Made by a program: the position numbers and the translations under genes
IMG/VR virus record: IMGVR_UViG_3300045243_000058
Location: 1,153-65,152 of that record
Direction: 5' to 3' (one strand)
Length of the DNA stretch: 64,000 bases
From: a virus
Taxonomy: Duplodnaviria > Caudoviricetes
Notes under the pieces: model-generated
Seen by the model: only the letters and a program-made list of their open reading frames with translations
Databases searched by the model: none
Told to the model about the DNA's origin: nothing
Shown here: piece after piece, positions 56,397 to 64,000 of the stretch
How the letters are laid out: each line of letters begins with the position of its first letter
Position numbering within the stretch: position 1 is the stretch's first letter

Positions 56397-56425
56397 GGCA
56401 CGAACATCGCATGCCGAAATAAACC

Positions 56426-56454
56426 TTGACACGCGGGCAGACTGACGGCAGTAT
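56426..56454 (+). promoter_or_regulatory. Promoter TTGACA-17-CAGTAT
   Basis: A-rich upstream tract; ATG 7 nt after the -10. Confidence 0.7.
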
Positions 56455-56461
56455 CCGTCGC

Positions 56462-56731
56462 ATGACAAGAACAGCGGGCACCGACAGGGAGTACGAGGCG
56501 GCCTACCACGCGGCGTACAAGCGCAAGATCGCCAGGAAGAAGTGGCTGGCGCGCATCGCGTTCGCCGAGGCGAGACTGAAGGGCGAGAAGACACCCGCCA
56601 TCCGCGACAAGATCCGGGCCGTCATCGCCGAGTACAAGGCGAAGCTCGACGTCATCGAGACGATCGAGCGGCACTCCGGATTCGTGCCTCGCGGGAATCG
56701 CTGGTACAACCACAGTAAGAAGGGCGCGTGA
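56462..56731 (+). CDS. Basic helical protein (probably leaderless mRNA)
   Basis: High GC3, no SD, directly after the promoter. Confidence 0.65.
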   Translation: MTRTAGTDREYEAAYHAAYKRKIARKKWLARIAFAEARLKGEKTPAIRDKIRAVIAEYKAKLDVIETIERHSGFVPRGNRWYNHSKKGA

Positions 56732-57117
56732 CCGCCGAGCGCCTTGGACCGCGCGCGCCCCGCTCTCGTCGCGGGGATCCTTACCGCCCGCGGTCGGCGG
56801 GTTCGCCGACGGGACCCCGGGTGCCCCCGCCTTCTGGAATCAAGCCGGGGGCGCTCGGGGTGGTCCCGGTGCGCCTCATGGTCATCTCGAAAATTCTTGA
56901 GGCGGTGTCCGATCTGACGATGTGGCAACTCGCGCATCTGGATCGCCTAGTAATCACGAAAAGGTCGGGTCGCTTTGTCGTCAGTTCCAAGATGAAGAAG
57001 AAGTTCCGTAACCCGTACAGGAAAAATGGCGCCGGATGCACCCTCCCAGAACGCGGAAGGATCGATAGGTCGGAAGGTATCTTTTGCGCAACGCATGATC
57101 TCAAGGAGCCGAAATGA
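56728..57117 (+). CDS. Hypothetical basic protein
   Basis: 4-nt overlaps with both neighbours; atypical codon usage. Confidence 0.4.
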   Translation: MTAERLGPRAPRSRRGDPYRPRSAGSPTGPRVPPPSGIKPGALGVVPVRLMVISKILEAVSDLTMWQLAHLDRLVITKRSGRFVVSSKMKKKFRNPYRKNGAGCTLPERGRIDRSEGIFCATHDLKEPK

Positions 57118-58307
57118 TCGAAGGATTCCTCCGCCAGTCCGCCCTGCCGCCGCGCATCGCGAAGATCCGTCTCGGCGTCAAGCGCACGAACCAGTCCGGC
57201 AAGGAGTACCCGTCGGACACGGATCACTTCGTCCTGACCGACTGCCCCGAGGTCGGCAAGCGGTACGGTGACAAGCCCCAGGCCCTCGTCGTGCTCTTCG
57301 CCTCGGACGCGATCGAGTACAACTTCCCGACCCGACTCGAGGCGTGGAAGGGCGCCGGTGCGCAGGCGGGGCAGCCGTCGAAGGCGTCGCTCTTCTGTTG
57401 GAGCAACGGCCGGGACGCGCACCGCATCTACGTCGGCGACAAGGACCCCACGGGCCACGGGTGGGTGCAGGCGATGGACGCCGACGACCGCCCCGACGTC
57501 GGCGAGATGTTCGACATGCCGTGCCCGTATCGCGAGTGCCCCTACTACGAGAAGAACCAGTGCAAGGAGGTCGGGCGCCTCAATGTCGTGCTCCCGGAGG
57601 TCACGCTCGGCGGCATCTACCAGATCGAGACGTCGTCGGCCTACGGGGCGTCGAACCTCCTCGACATGATCGACTCGACGCTCGACGAGAAGAACGAGCC
57701 GCGCGGGTGGGCGATGAAGATGACCCGGTCGATGGAGCACCCGCTCGGTCACATCGCCTGGACGGTGCCGTTCATCCTCGAGCGCGTCCCGCAGAATATG
57801 CAGCACGACGGTAAGGCGATGATCAAGCACGTCCTTCGGCTCCGGCCGCTCGACGACCCGGAGAAACTCGCCGGGCTCAAGATTCACGTTCCGGCGTGGA
57901 TGACCGGGCGCAACGTCTTTGCCCAGTTCGGGCCGCCGCCCGAGGACCACCCGCAGGACCTCTTCCCGCCCGTCGCGACCGACGCGCCGCCGCAGTTGCC
58001 GCCGGCCCGGGTCGTCATCGAGACCGCCCCGGTCGCGCCCGCGGCGCCGGCACCCGTGGACGAAGTGACGGAGTGGGCGAAGAAGGCAGGCATCACGACC
58101 GCGGGGCTCGAAGGACTCAAGCTCGCGATGCGCGGCGACGTCGGGAAGATCGTCGCCGAGCTCAAGGGGCGCGTCGAGAGGAAGACGAAGAAGGATGCGC
58201 CGAAGCCCGCGCCCGCGACCGCCGCTCCACCGAAGCCGCTGCCCGCCACGAAACCGCAGCCCGACGAGCCGGAGGGTCCGGGCGGCCAGACGGACCTGGT
58301 GTTCTGA
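57114..58307 (+). CDS. Gp3-like / recombination-directionality-factor-like protein (probable annealing/recombination factor)
   Basis: PRIAKIRLGVK...YPSDTDHF, CPYREC..Y....CK..GRL.V.LPE, G.YQIETSS. Confidence 0.75.
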   Translation: MIEGFLRQSALPPRIAKIRLGVKRTNQSGKEYPSDTDHFVLTDCPEVGKRYGDKPQALVVLFASDAIEYNFPTRLEAWKGAGAQAGQPSKASLFCWSNGRDAHRIYVGDKDPTGHGWVQAMDADDRPDVGEMFDMPCPYRECPYYEKNQCKEVGRLNVVLPEVTLGGIYQIETSSAYGASNLLDMIDSTLDEKNEPRGWAMKMTRSMEHPLGHIAWTVPFILERVPQNMQHDGKAMIKHVLRLRPLDDPEKLAGLKIHVPAWMTGRNVFAQFGPPPEDHPQDLFPPVATDAPPQLPPARVVIETAPVAPAAPAPVDEVTEWAKKAGITTAGLEGLKLAMRGDVGKIVAELKGRVERKTKKDAPKPAPATAAPPKPLPATKPQPDEPEGPGGQTDLVF

Positions 58308-58828
58308 TGATGGCGAGATGCAGCGTCTACATGTGCATGGAGGAGGCGATCAGCGTTTACTGCACAAACGAGGAGGGTCGCACCTTCGGGGTCTGCGCCA
58401 AGCACGTTCGTGAGGCTAACCAGCACATGCGCGCCGTCGAGGGGGACGTGGACAGAAAGTACAGGCTCGGGGTGTGCGCGTCCGAGGGATGCGACAACAG
58501 GCAGTCGTCCTACAACATCTGGTGCCTGAGCCACCAGCCGCGAATGTCGATGCCCATCCCGCTCAAGACCCTCATCGAGCACAACAGGGACGTACAGCGC
58601 GACGTGGGCATCGACCTATCGGCCGGTGTCCGGTGCGTAGCCTGCGGCATGGAACTGATCTACTCCCATTCGGCGTGGAAGAACGCAACAGCCGTGCCGA
58701 CTGCTCCGCTGATACGCAAGAGCGTGACGTGCCCGTGGTGCGATTGGGAGGGAACGAAGCTCGACCCGAATCCAGACTACAAGTCGAAAGGAGCACATGC
58801 GCCAAGCCCTGTCCCACAGCCGGATTGA
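58307..58828 (+). CDS. Multi-Zn-finger protein
   Basis: Several CxxxxC, CxxH and CxxC pairs. Confidence 0.6.
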   Translation: MMARCSVYMCMEEAISVYCTNEEGRTFGVCAKHVREANQHMRAVEGDVDRKYRLGVCASEGCDNRQSSYNIWCLSHQPRMSMPIPLKTLIEHNRDVQRDVGIDLSAGVRCVACGMELIYSHSAWKNATAVPTAPLIRKSVTCPWCDWEGTKLDPNPDYKSKGAHAPSPVPQPD

Positions 58829-59969
58829 ACTGTTCGAGACCTGCCCCCGGAAGTACCGCGCCATCACGATCGACAAGATGCCGTGGAAGAAAGGCATCCC
58901 GCTCTACGCCGGCGGGTTCCTCCACGACCTCGCCGACGGGTACATCAAGGCCATCGGAGAGGAGGGCCGCCAGACCGACCTCGAAGGCGGGATGAAGTTG
59001 TTCGCCGACCGCTGGCTGGCGCGCCACGAGCACGAGGAGTTCAAGAACATCCCGGAGCAGGAGGCGAACCAGCTCCTCGAGGCGTGGACCGGGTTCCTGG
59101 AGAACCACGTCTTCGACTTCGAGACCGTCGTCGGGTCGGAAATGGAAGTCGCCCTGACGGAGACGTGGGAGCCGACCGACTGGTTCGCGAAGGACGTCTT
59201 CTTCCGCGCCAAGATGGACCTCGTCACCCTCCCGGACGACAAGCCGACGATCACCGACTTCAAGTCGTCCTACGCCGTGCCGGGGAAGGACGAGGCCGAG
59301 AACAGCCCGCAGTTGCGCCGCTACGTCATGGCGCTCCTGTCGACCCCCGGGAAGCTCGGCGCCGCGGAGGAGTACCGGGTCGTCCTCGACTTCATCCGGC
59401 CGAACGTGCAGCGCGAGGTGATCCTGCCGCGGGGCGTCGGGATGGAGGAGCGCGAGCGCACGATGGCGATCAGCGACGCGATGGAGAAGATGATCGCCAA
59501 GAACAGCAAGGACGCCTGGCCGGCGCGCCCTGGGAACGAGTGCGGCGACTGTCCGCTGTTCGCGAACGGGTGCCCGGCGCAGAACCTCGCCGAGCCGGAG
59601 CGCGGGATTCAGGACCCCGAGTCGGCCGAGACCCAGTTCGCCCGGCTCATCATGCTCAACGAGGAGGCGAAGCGGATCCGGGGCGCCCTGGAGTCGTACA
59701 CGGCGAACGCAGGGACCGTGAGGGGCGGCGGCGTCGAGTTCGGCCCGAAGGTGACGGAGGACTACGAGTGGGACGTCCTGACGCTCCGTGAGTGGGCCAA
59801 CCGGAACGGCATCAGTATCGAGGACATCGTGCGCACCCGCTCGCGCACCGACCTTGAGAAACTCGCCAAGAAGTCGGCCGACAAATCGAAGGCGATGGCC
59901 GAGTTGCTTGGCATCGCGACCATCAAACGCGGGACGGAGTACCGCATCAGGAAGGCGGCCATCGAGTGA
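58797..59969 (+). CDS. PD-(D/E)XK exonuclease (RecB/AddB-like, 4-Cys)
   Basis: LSHSRI...CPRKY, G...H, KMDLV, TDFKS, QLRRY, C..CP....CP. Confidence 0.85.
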   Translation: MRQALSHSRIELFETCPRKYRAITIDKMPWKKGIPLYAGGFLHDLADGYIKAIGEEGRQTDLEGGMKLFADRWLARHEHEEFKNIPEQEANQLLEAWTGFLENHVFDFETVVGSEMEVALTETWEPTDWFAKDVFFRAKMDLVTLPDDKPTITDFKSSYAVPGKDEAENSPQLRRYVMALLSTPGKLGAAEEYRVVLDFIRPNVQREVILPRGVGMEERERTMAISDAMEKMIAKNSKDAWPARPGNECGDCPLFANGCPAQNLAEPERGIQDPESAETQFARLIMLNEEAKRIRGALESYTANAGTVRGGGVEFGPKVTEDYEWDVLTLREWANRNGISIEDIVRTRSRTDLEKLAKKSADKSKAMAELLGIATIKRGTEYRIRKAAIE

Positions 59970-61816
59970 AGATCGACTCCCTCTCCATCGAACGCCTCCG
60001 CAGCCACGTCAAGACCGACCTCCAGGGACTCGCCAACGTCGTCTTCTTCCTCGGCCAGAACGCCGCCGGGAAGTCGACGATTGTCGACGCCGTGTCCATC
60101 GCCCTCCGGGGGACCTGCCGCGGCTTGAACGAGGCCGGCGCCGGGGTCGAGCACCTCGTCACGAACATCGGCCCGATGCAGGAGACCTCCTGTCGGGTGA
60201 CCCTACAGACAGACCTCGGGGTCATCACGAGGGAACTCCCGGGTCAAGGAGTCAAGAGCGCCGTCCAGGCGCAGATCGACGGGATGTTCGCCGGCGACCG
60301 GACCGTCCCGCTCGACCTCCGGGTCCTCACCGAGACGCCCCGGTTCCTTGAGTGGCCCGCCAGAGACCAGCAGGTGTGGCTCCAGAAGGTCATGACGCCC
60401 CGACTGCCGGCGGGGTGGGCCCAAGGGATGATGGGAGACGATTTCGCGTTCTTGGAGCCCCTCAGGCTCGACTGGACCGATCCTGCGACGCTCGACCGGG
60501 CGGAGAAGTTCACCCGGGAGCGCCGCGCCCAACTCAAGAACGCCCTCGAAGGGGTCGAGACGGTCAACCTCGATCAGTTCCCGGAGTCGTGGAAGAAACT
60601 CACGATCCCCGAGGCCGAGACGCAGGTCGCCAACGCCGAGCGGTCCCTCGGAGCCCTCCGCCAGCAGGTGAACGCCGGGTCACCCGACCTCGACGCCCTG
60701 CAACGGATGGCGACGCTCGCGACCGACGCCATGGGCCAGGCCGCCACCCTCCACCGCGCCGCCCAGGAGGAGCCGGAAGTCGACCTGAAGGCGCTCAAGG
60801 CCAAGGTCAAGAAGGCGGGCGAGAGTCTCGAACGGGCCCGGGACCTCCTGTCGACCGCCAAGGCCGAGGCCCGGGGGCTCGCGGCGGTCGAGGGGGAACT
60901 CGAGACCCTCAAGGCGAACGACGTCTCGGTCTGCCAGGCGTGCAAGCGCCCACTCGATACGGACAGCAGACGCGAGCGTATCGAGCAACTCGAGGCGGCG
61001 GTCGCGGTTGGGCGCGCCGCGGCCGAACGCGAGAGGAACCTCGGGCCGGACATCGAGCGCCTGTCGAAGGAGTCGGCCGAACTCGGCTCCGCGCTCCTGA
61101 AGGCGACGGGGCGCATGGAGCGCATCGCGAAGACGAAGGCCGACTGCGACCGCGCGGAGTACGCGGCCGGCGAGGCGTCGAAGATTTACGACGAGGCCAA
61201 GGCGAAGGCGCTTCCGCAGGAGGAGCGTGACGCCCTCCACGCCCGCATCACGAAGGGGGAAGGCATCGTCGCCCAGATGCGCTCCTACATCTCGTCCCGC
61301 TCGGCCCAGGAGAAGCTCGACCGCACGCTCGCCCTGAGCCGTCGGGAACTCGCGGTCGCCGAGCGGCTCGTCGAGAAACTCGGCCCCGGCGGTATCCGCA
61401 ACGAGGCCCCCGGGTCGGCGTTCGCGCAGTTCCAGTCCGAGTTCCAGCAGATCGCCGACTCCTACGGGCTCGCGGCGAACCTGACGCTCGACCCGTACGC
61501 GCTCATGGTGAACGGGCGGCCGACGTCACTCCTGTCGTCCTCCGAGCGGCTCATGGTCGGGTTCGCCTTCCAGGCCGCCGCGGCGCGCGTGACCGGTGTG
61601 CGGTGGATGGCGTTCGACAACGCCGACGTCCTCGACGACGCGCACCGGCGCGTCCTGCACCAGCTCCTCGCGGGAGAGATCGTCGACCAGGTGTTCGTGT
61701 GCGCAACCCTGAAGATGCCCGACGACAAGTTCGTCGTCCCGAAGCCGATTCCCAACTGGCAGTTCTACCTCGTCCAAGCCAAAGACGGCGTGTCGAACGT
61801 CCGTCTTATCGCGTGA
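59966..61816 (+). CDS. SMC/Rad50(SbcC)-like ATPase
   Basis: GQNAAGKST Walker A, long coiled coil with CQAC hook, LSSSER signature, AFDNADVLD Walker B/D-loop. Confidence 0.85.
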   Translation: MKIDSLSIERLRSHVKTDLQGLANVVFFLGQNAAGKSTIVDAVSIALRGTCRGLNEAGAGVEHLVTNIGPMQETSCRVTLQTDLGVITRELPGQGVKSAVQAQIDGMFAGDRTVPLDLRVLTETPRFLEWPARDQQVWLQKVMTPRLPAGWAQGMMGDDFAFLEPLRLDWTDPATLDRAEKFTRERRAQLKNALEGVETVNLDQFPESWKKLTIPEAETQVANAERSLGALRQQVNAGSPDLDALQRMATLATDAMGQAATLHRAAQEEPEVDLKALKAKVKKAGESLERARDLLSTAKAEARGLAAVEGELETLKANDVSVCQACKRPLDTDSRRERIEQLEAAVAVGRAAAERERNLGPDIERLSKESAELGSALLKATGRMERIAKTKADCDRAEYAAGEASKIYDEAKAKALPQEERDALHARITKGEGIVAQMRSYISSRSAQEKLDRTLALSRRELAVAERLVEKLGPGGIRNEAPGSAFAQFQSEFQQIADSYGLAANLTLDPYALMVNGRPTSLLSSSERLMVGFAFQAAAARVTGVRWMAFDNADVLDDAHRRVLHQLLAGEIVDQVFVCATLKMPDDKFVVPKPIPNWQFYLVQAKDGVSNVRLIA

Positions 61817-61827
61817 AAGGAGAGTCA

Positions 61828-62250
61828 ATGGACTCAGGCACCGGAGCGTTTATTTCCTTGGCGGTCATGCTGCTCATTGTCGTTGCGCTCCTCGGGATGT
61901 GGGGTTGTCCGCAGTACGCGGTCTACCAGCAGCGCCTCGAAGGGGAAGCGGAATTGGCGAAGGCCAACTACTCGCGCCAAGTCGCGGTCGTCGAGAGCGA
62001 AGCGAAGAAAAACAGCGCCGAGAACCTCGGGCAGGCCGAGGTCATACGTGCCAAGTATTTGGCACAGGCGAACACGATCGTCGGCGACAGTCTGCGCGGA
62101 CGCGAGGAATACCTGCGCTACCTGTGGATCCAGGGCATCGACCACGTCACCGGGCAGATCATCTACGTGCCTACCGAGGCGAACCTCCCAGTTCTCGAAG
62201 CGAGCCGGTACATGATGCCCCAACCTTCACGGCCGGCGAGAGGGAGGTGA
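61828..62250 (+). CDS. SPFH/band-7-like membrane coiled-coil protein
   Basis: TM, then PQYAVYQQRLEGEAELA...YLRYLWI...IYVPTEANLPVLEA. Confidence 0.75.
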   Translation: MDSGTGAFISLAVMLLIVVALLGMWGCPQYAVYQQRLEGEAELAKANYSRQVAVVESEAKKNSAENLGQAEVIRAKYLAQANTIVGDSLRGREEYLRYLWIQGIDHVTGQIIYVPTEANLPVLEASRYMMPQPSRPARGR

Positions 62251-62252
62251 CC

Positions 62253-62642
62253 ATGCGCACCAACGAATCCCGAGAACTGAAGGTCGAGCTCACCGAGAAG
62301 GAAAAGCTCGAGTACGGCCAGAAGGTCGCCCGCGAGTGCCAGCTCCTCGCCGGCTGCGAGGAGGAGAAGGCCGAAGCGTCGAGCGGGTTCACCGCGCGGA
62401 TCAAGGTCCACAAGGCCGAGATCAACTCCCTGTCGACCGTCCTGCAACAGGGCTACGAGTACCGCCAGGTGAAGTGCGAGCGGATCATCGACTACAAGAA
62501 GGGCACGCTCGTCGTCATCCGCCTCGACACCGGCGAGGTCGTCCAGGAGCGCGAGCTCAACGAGGCCGAGAAGCAGCGCAACCTGCCGATCGAGCCGACG
62601 GCGACGGCGGGGCCGGAAGACAAACCGACGATCGAGGTGTGA
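62253..62642 (+). CDS. Conserved phage hypothetical protein
   Basis: GGAGGT SD; L.V.LT..E...GYEYRQVKC...RLDTGEVV..R. Confidence 0.75.
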   Translation: MRTNESRELKVELTEKEKLEYGQKVARECQLLAGCEEEKAEASSGFTARIKVHKAEINSLSTVLQQGYEYRQVKCERIIDYKKGTLVVIRLDTGEVVQERELNEAEKQRNLPIEPTATAGPEDKPTIEV

Positions 62643-62643
62643 C

Positions 62644-62913
62644 GTGGCGAGCATCGCACAGAAACACGCCGAGCACATGAAGGGCCTGCGGGCGTACTCG
62701 CGGGTGCTCAACGACAAGACGCGCGAGGCGCAGGTCCGCGTCGAGAGTCCGACCAACCCCGGCCGCATTCTCGCGTTCGTCCTCGAGGACGGCAGCGTCT
62801 ACACCCTGGAGTTCAAGCTCGACCCGGTCGAGTGCCAGGCGCTCGCGACGTGGCTCCTCGTCGTGACCGCCGGGCACGAGTACCTCAAGATGAACGAGCC
62901 GGAGGCGGACTGA
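62644..62913 (+). CDS. Hypothetical protein
   Basis: GAGGT SD; high GC3. Confidence 0.65.
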   Translation: MASIAQKHAEHMKGLRAYSRVLNDKTREAQVRVESPTNPGRILAFVLEDGSVYTLEFKLDPVECQALATWLLVVTAGHEYLKMNEPEAD

Positions 62914-63101
62914 TGGCGAAGCGCGCGACGAGGGGGAAGGCGAGGGAGTGGTGGCTTAACATCGGCGGCCAGAACTGCGCCCTAGGTCCGGCATGGGGTG
63001 AGAAGCGCAATGCCGCCGCTTATCGAAAACTCCTGGGAGTAAAACTGGTGGAACTGGTGAAGGTCCGCGAAGTGCGGCCAAAGGTGAAGCGGCGTGGCTG
63101 A
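62913..63101 (+). CDS. Small basic protein
   Basis: GGAGG SD; C-terminal VKVREV motif. Confidence 0.55.
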   Translation: MAKRATRGKAREWWLNIGGQNCALGPAWGEKRNAAAYRKLLGVKLVELVKVREVRPKVKRRG

Positions 63102-63378
63102 CAAGGTGAGTGACGCGACGGGGCGAATCAGCGACGAGGAACTGGACGCCATCGGGAAGCAGTATGGCTTCTACTCCCACTTCTATCCGGCGGCATCCAA
63201 GAGCGGGAGGCACGAGTACCCTCACCGCGACATGATGCGAGACCTGCTCGCCAGGGAGGGGGAACACCTAATCCGTGCCGCCGACGTTCTAAATACCGAG
63301 ACGGGTGGGCGCGCGGTATCCATCGCAACCATCGAGCGCCTGCTCGGCGTTCCGGCCAGAGAGGAGACGAGGGGATGA
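63094..63378 (+). CDS. Hypothetical protein
   Basis: Overlaps both neighbours. Confidence 0.5.
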   Translation: MADKVSDATGRISDEELDAIGKQYGFYSHFYPAASKSGRHEYPHRDMMRDLLAREGEHLIRAADVLNTETGGRAVSIATIERLLGVPAREETRG

Positions 63379-63569
63379 GCGTCAGGGACCTGGAGCGACA
63401 AATCGTGGCCGAACTGCGGGAGGTGACCGGGCTGCGCCATCTCCGTCTCAAAGACCTGATGGAATGGTCGAGCGGCCCAATCACGGCCCACGTGGGCGAG
63501 ACGGTAGTCCGGCTCCCTGGCCTCAAGTTGAACGCCTGCTATGTCGATCCGAAGGCGAAAGCCCAATGA
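63375..63569 (+). CDS. Hypothetical protein
   Basis: ATGA overlaps; purine-rich SD. Confidence 0.55.
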   Translation: MSVRDLERQIVAELREVTGLRHLRLKDLMEWSSGPITAHVGETVVRLPGLKLNACYVDPKAKAQ

Positions 63570-64000
63570 CCACCAAGCCGAAGGTCTGCCCGACGTGCGG
63601 GAGCGATGATCCATGGCGCTGGAATGCAGCGTGTCTCGACCTGCGCGCACAGACGGGGAAGAGCGACGACTTCCACGACTCCACGCCCGTCGAGGAGCGG
63701 GCGAGCGAAGAACCGGCACCGCCATGCGGAGGTTGCGACGGCCCATATCAGTTCGACACGACCATCCCGAGTCCGCTGTGGAACCGGGTCGTTCGTGCAC
63801 GCGGCCTGTCGGACTATCTGTGCCTCAACTGCATTATGCGGGTATTCGGCGAGGCGCTGGAGTCATTCACGGCGACCCTGTGGGGTGGATCATTCAGTGG
63901 CATGCAGATCATTGTGAACATCGCAGATCCGGGTAGTGAAAGCAGATCCGATGCTGGTCCTTCCATCGGTGCGCCGGCTATTCGGAGCCAAGACGGGGGG
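63566..64000 (+). CDS. Partial (3'-truncated) Zn-finger protein
   Basis: MTTKPKVCPTCGSD...CGGC...LWNRV...LCLNC; frame open to the window end. Confidence 0.55.
   Translation, partial: MTTKPKVCPTCGSDDPWRWNAACLDLRAQTGKSDDFHDSTPVEERASEEPAPPCGGCDGPYQFDTTIPSPLWNRVVRARGLSDYLCLNCIMRVFGEALESFTATLWGGSFSGMQIIVNIADPGSESRSDAGPSIGAPAIRSQDGG

Larger units (their letters stand above)
1..64000. mobile_element. Tailed bacteriophage genome (podovirus-like, P22/SU10-type head-tail module); no integrase or host flank visible
   Basis: TerL, portal, scaffold, capsid, adaptor, nozzle, ejection proteins, endolysin, primase-helicase and recombination genes in phage-typical order. Dense overlapping small ORFs run to both window edges. 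Confidence 0.95.

Noticed and set aside
57114-58307. Evidence of lysogeny from the 'recombination directionality factor' family label
   Set aside because: No tyrosine or serine integrase and no att site seen; the neighbours indicate a general recombination role.
58797-59969. Cas4 / CRISPR adaptation function
   Set aside because: The 4-Cys PD-(D/E)XK fold is shared with phage recombination exonucleases. There is no cas1, cas2 or array, and the context is recombination.
1-64000. Stop-codon reassignment or programmed readthrough/frameshift in structural genes
   Set aside because: Core genes are full length in the standard code and all three stops are used. The capsid TAG is followed by a terminator hairpin, and I saw no convincing slippery site.

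Overview
The whole 64-kb window reads as one GC-rich, gene-dense tailed-phage (Caudoviricetes) genome or most of one, with a podovirus-like (P22/SU10-type) virion module. No host housekeeping genes, integrase, DNA polymerase, tape measure or CRISPR array are visible. Layout: (1-3.7 kb, +) small accessory genes, two paralogous Cys-rich lipoproteins, an amino-MTase and a RuvC-like resolvase; (3.7-10 kb, -) DUF6573-like protein, AARD-repeat protein, C5-MTase-like protein, a repeat-rich putative origin and a primase-helicase; (10.3-15.6 kb, +) HTH/RHH regulators, a SAM methyltransferase and TerL; (15.7-32 kb) portal, scaffold, major capsid protein, four paralogous putative decoration proteins, a GT2-GT4 glycosyltransferase, adaptor, nozzle and fibres; (32-45 kb) ejection proteins including a 3355-aa polyvalent protein (SLT + SF2 helicase + JAB + zincin + LPD38-like) that carries an apparently overprinted 60-aa gene; (45-56.3 kb) endolysin, membrane proteins, a non-canonical tRNA-Met(CAT), an outer-membrane beta-barrel, an alpha/beta hydrolase and a cluster of signal-peptide-bearing, Cys-rich beta-helix proteins; (56.4-64 kb) a recombination module (Gp3-like, PD-(D/E)XK nuclease, SMC/Rad50-like ATPase) and small genes. 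The best novelty candidates are the exported, probably disulfide-rich 'spike-like' late module, the nested gene inside the polyvalent ejection protein, and a four-paralog decoration set beside a glycosyltransferase. All family calls come from motifs recognised by eye; no database search was run.
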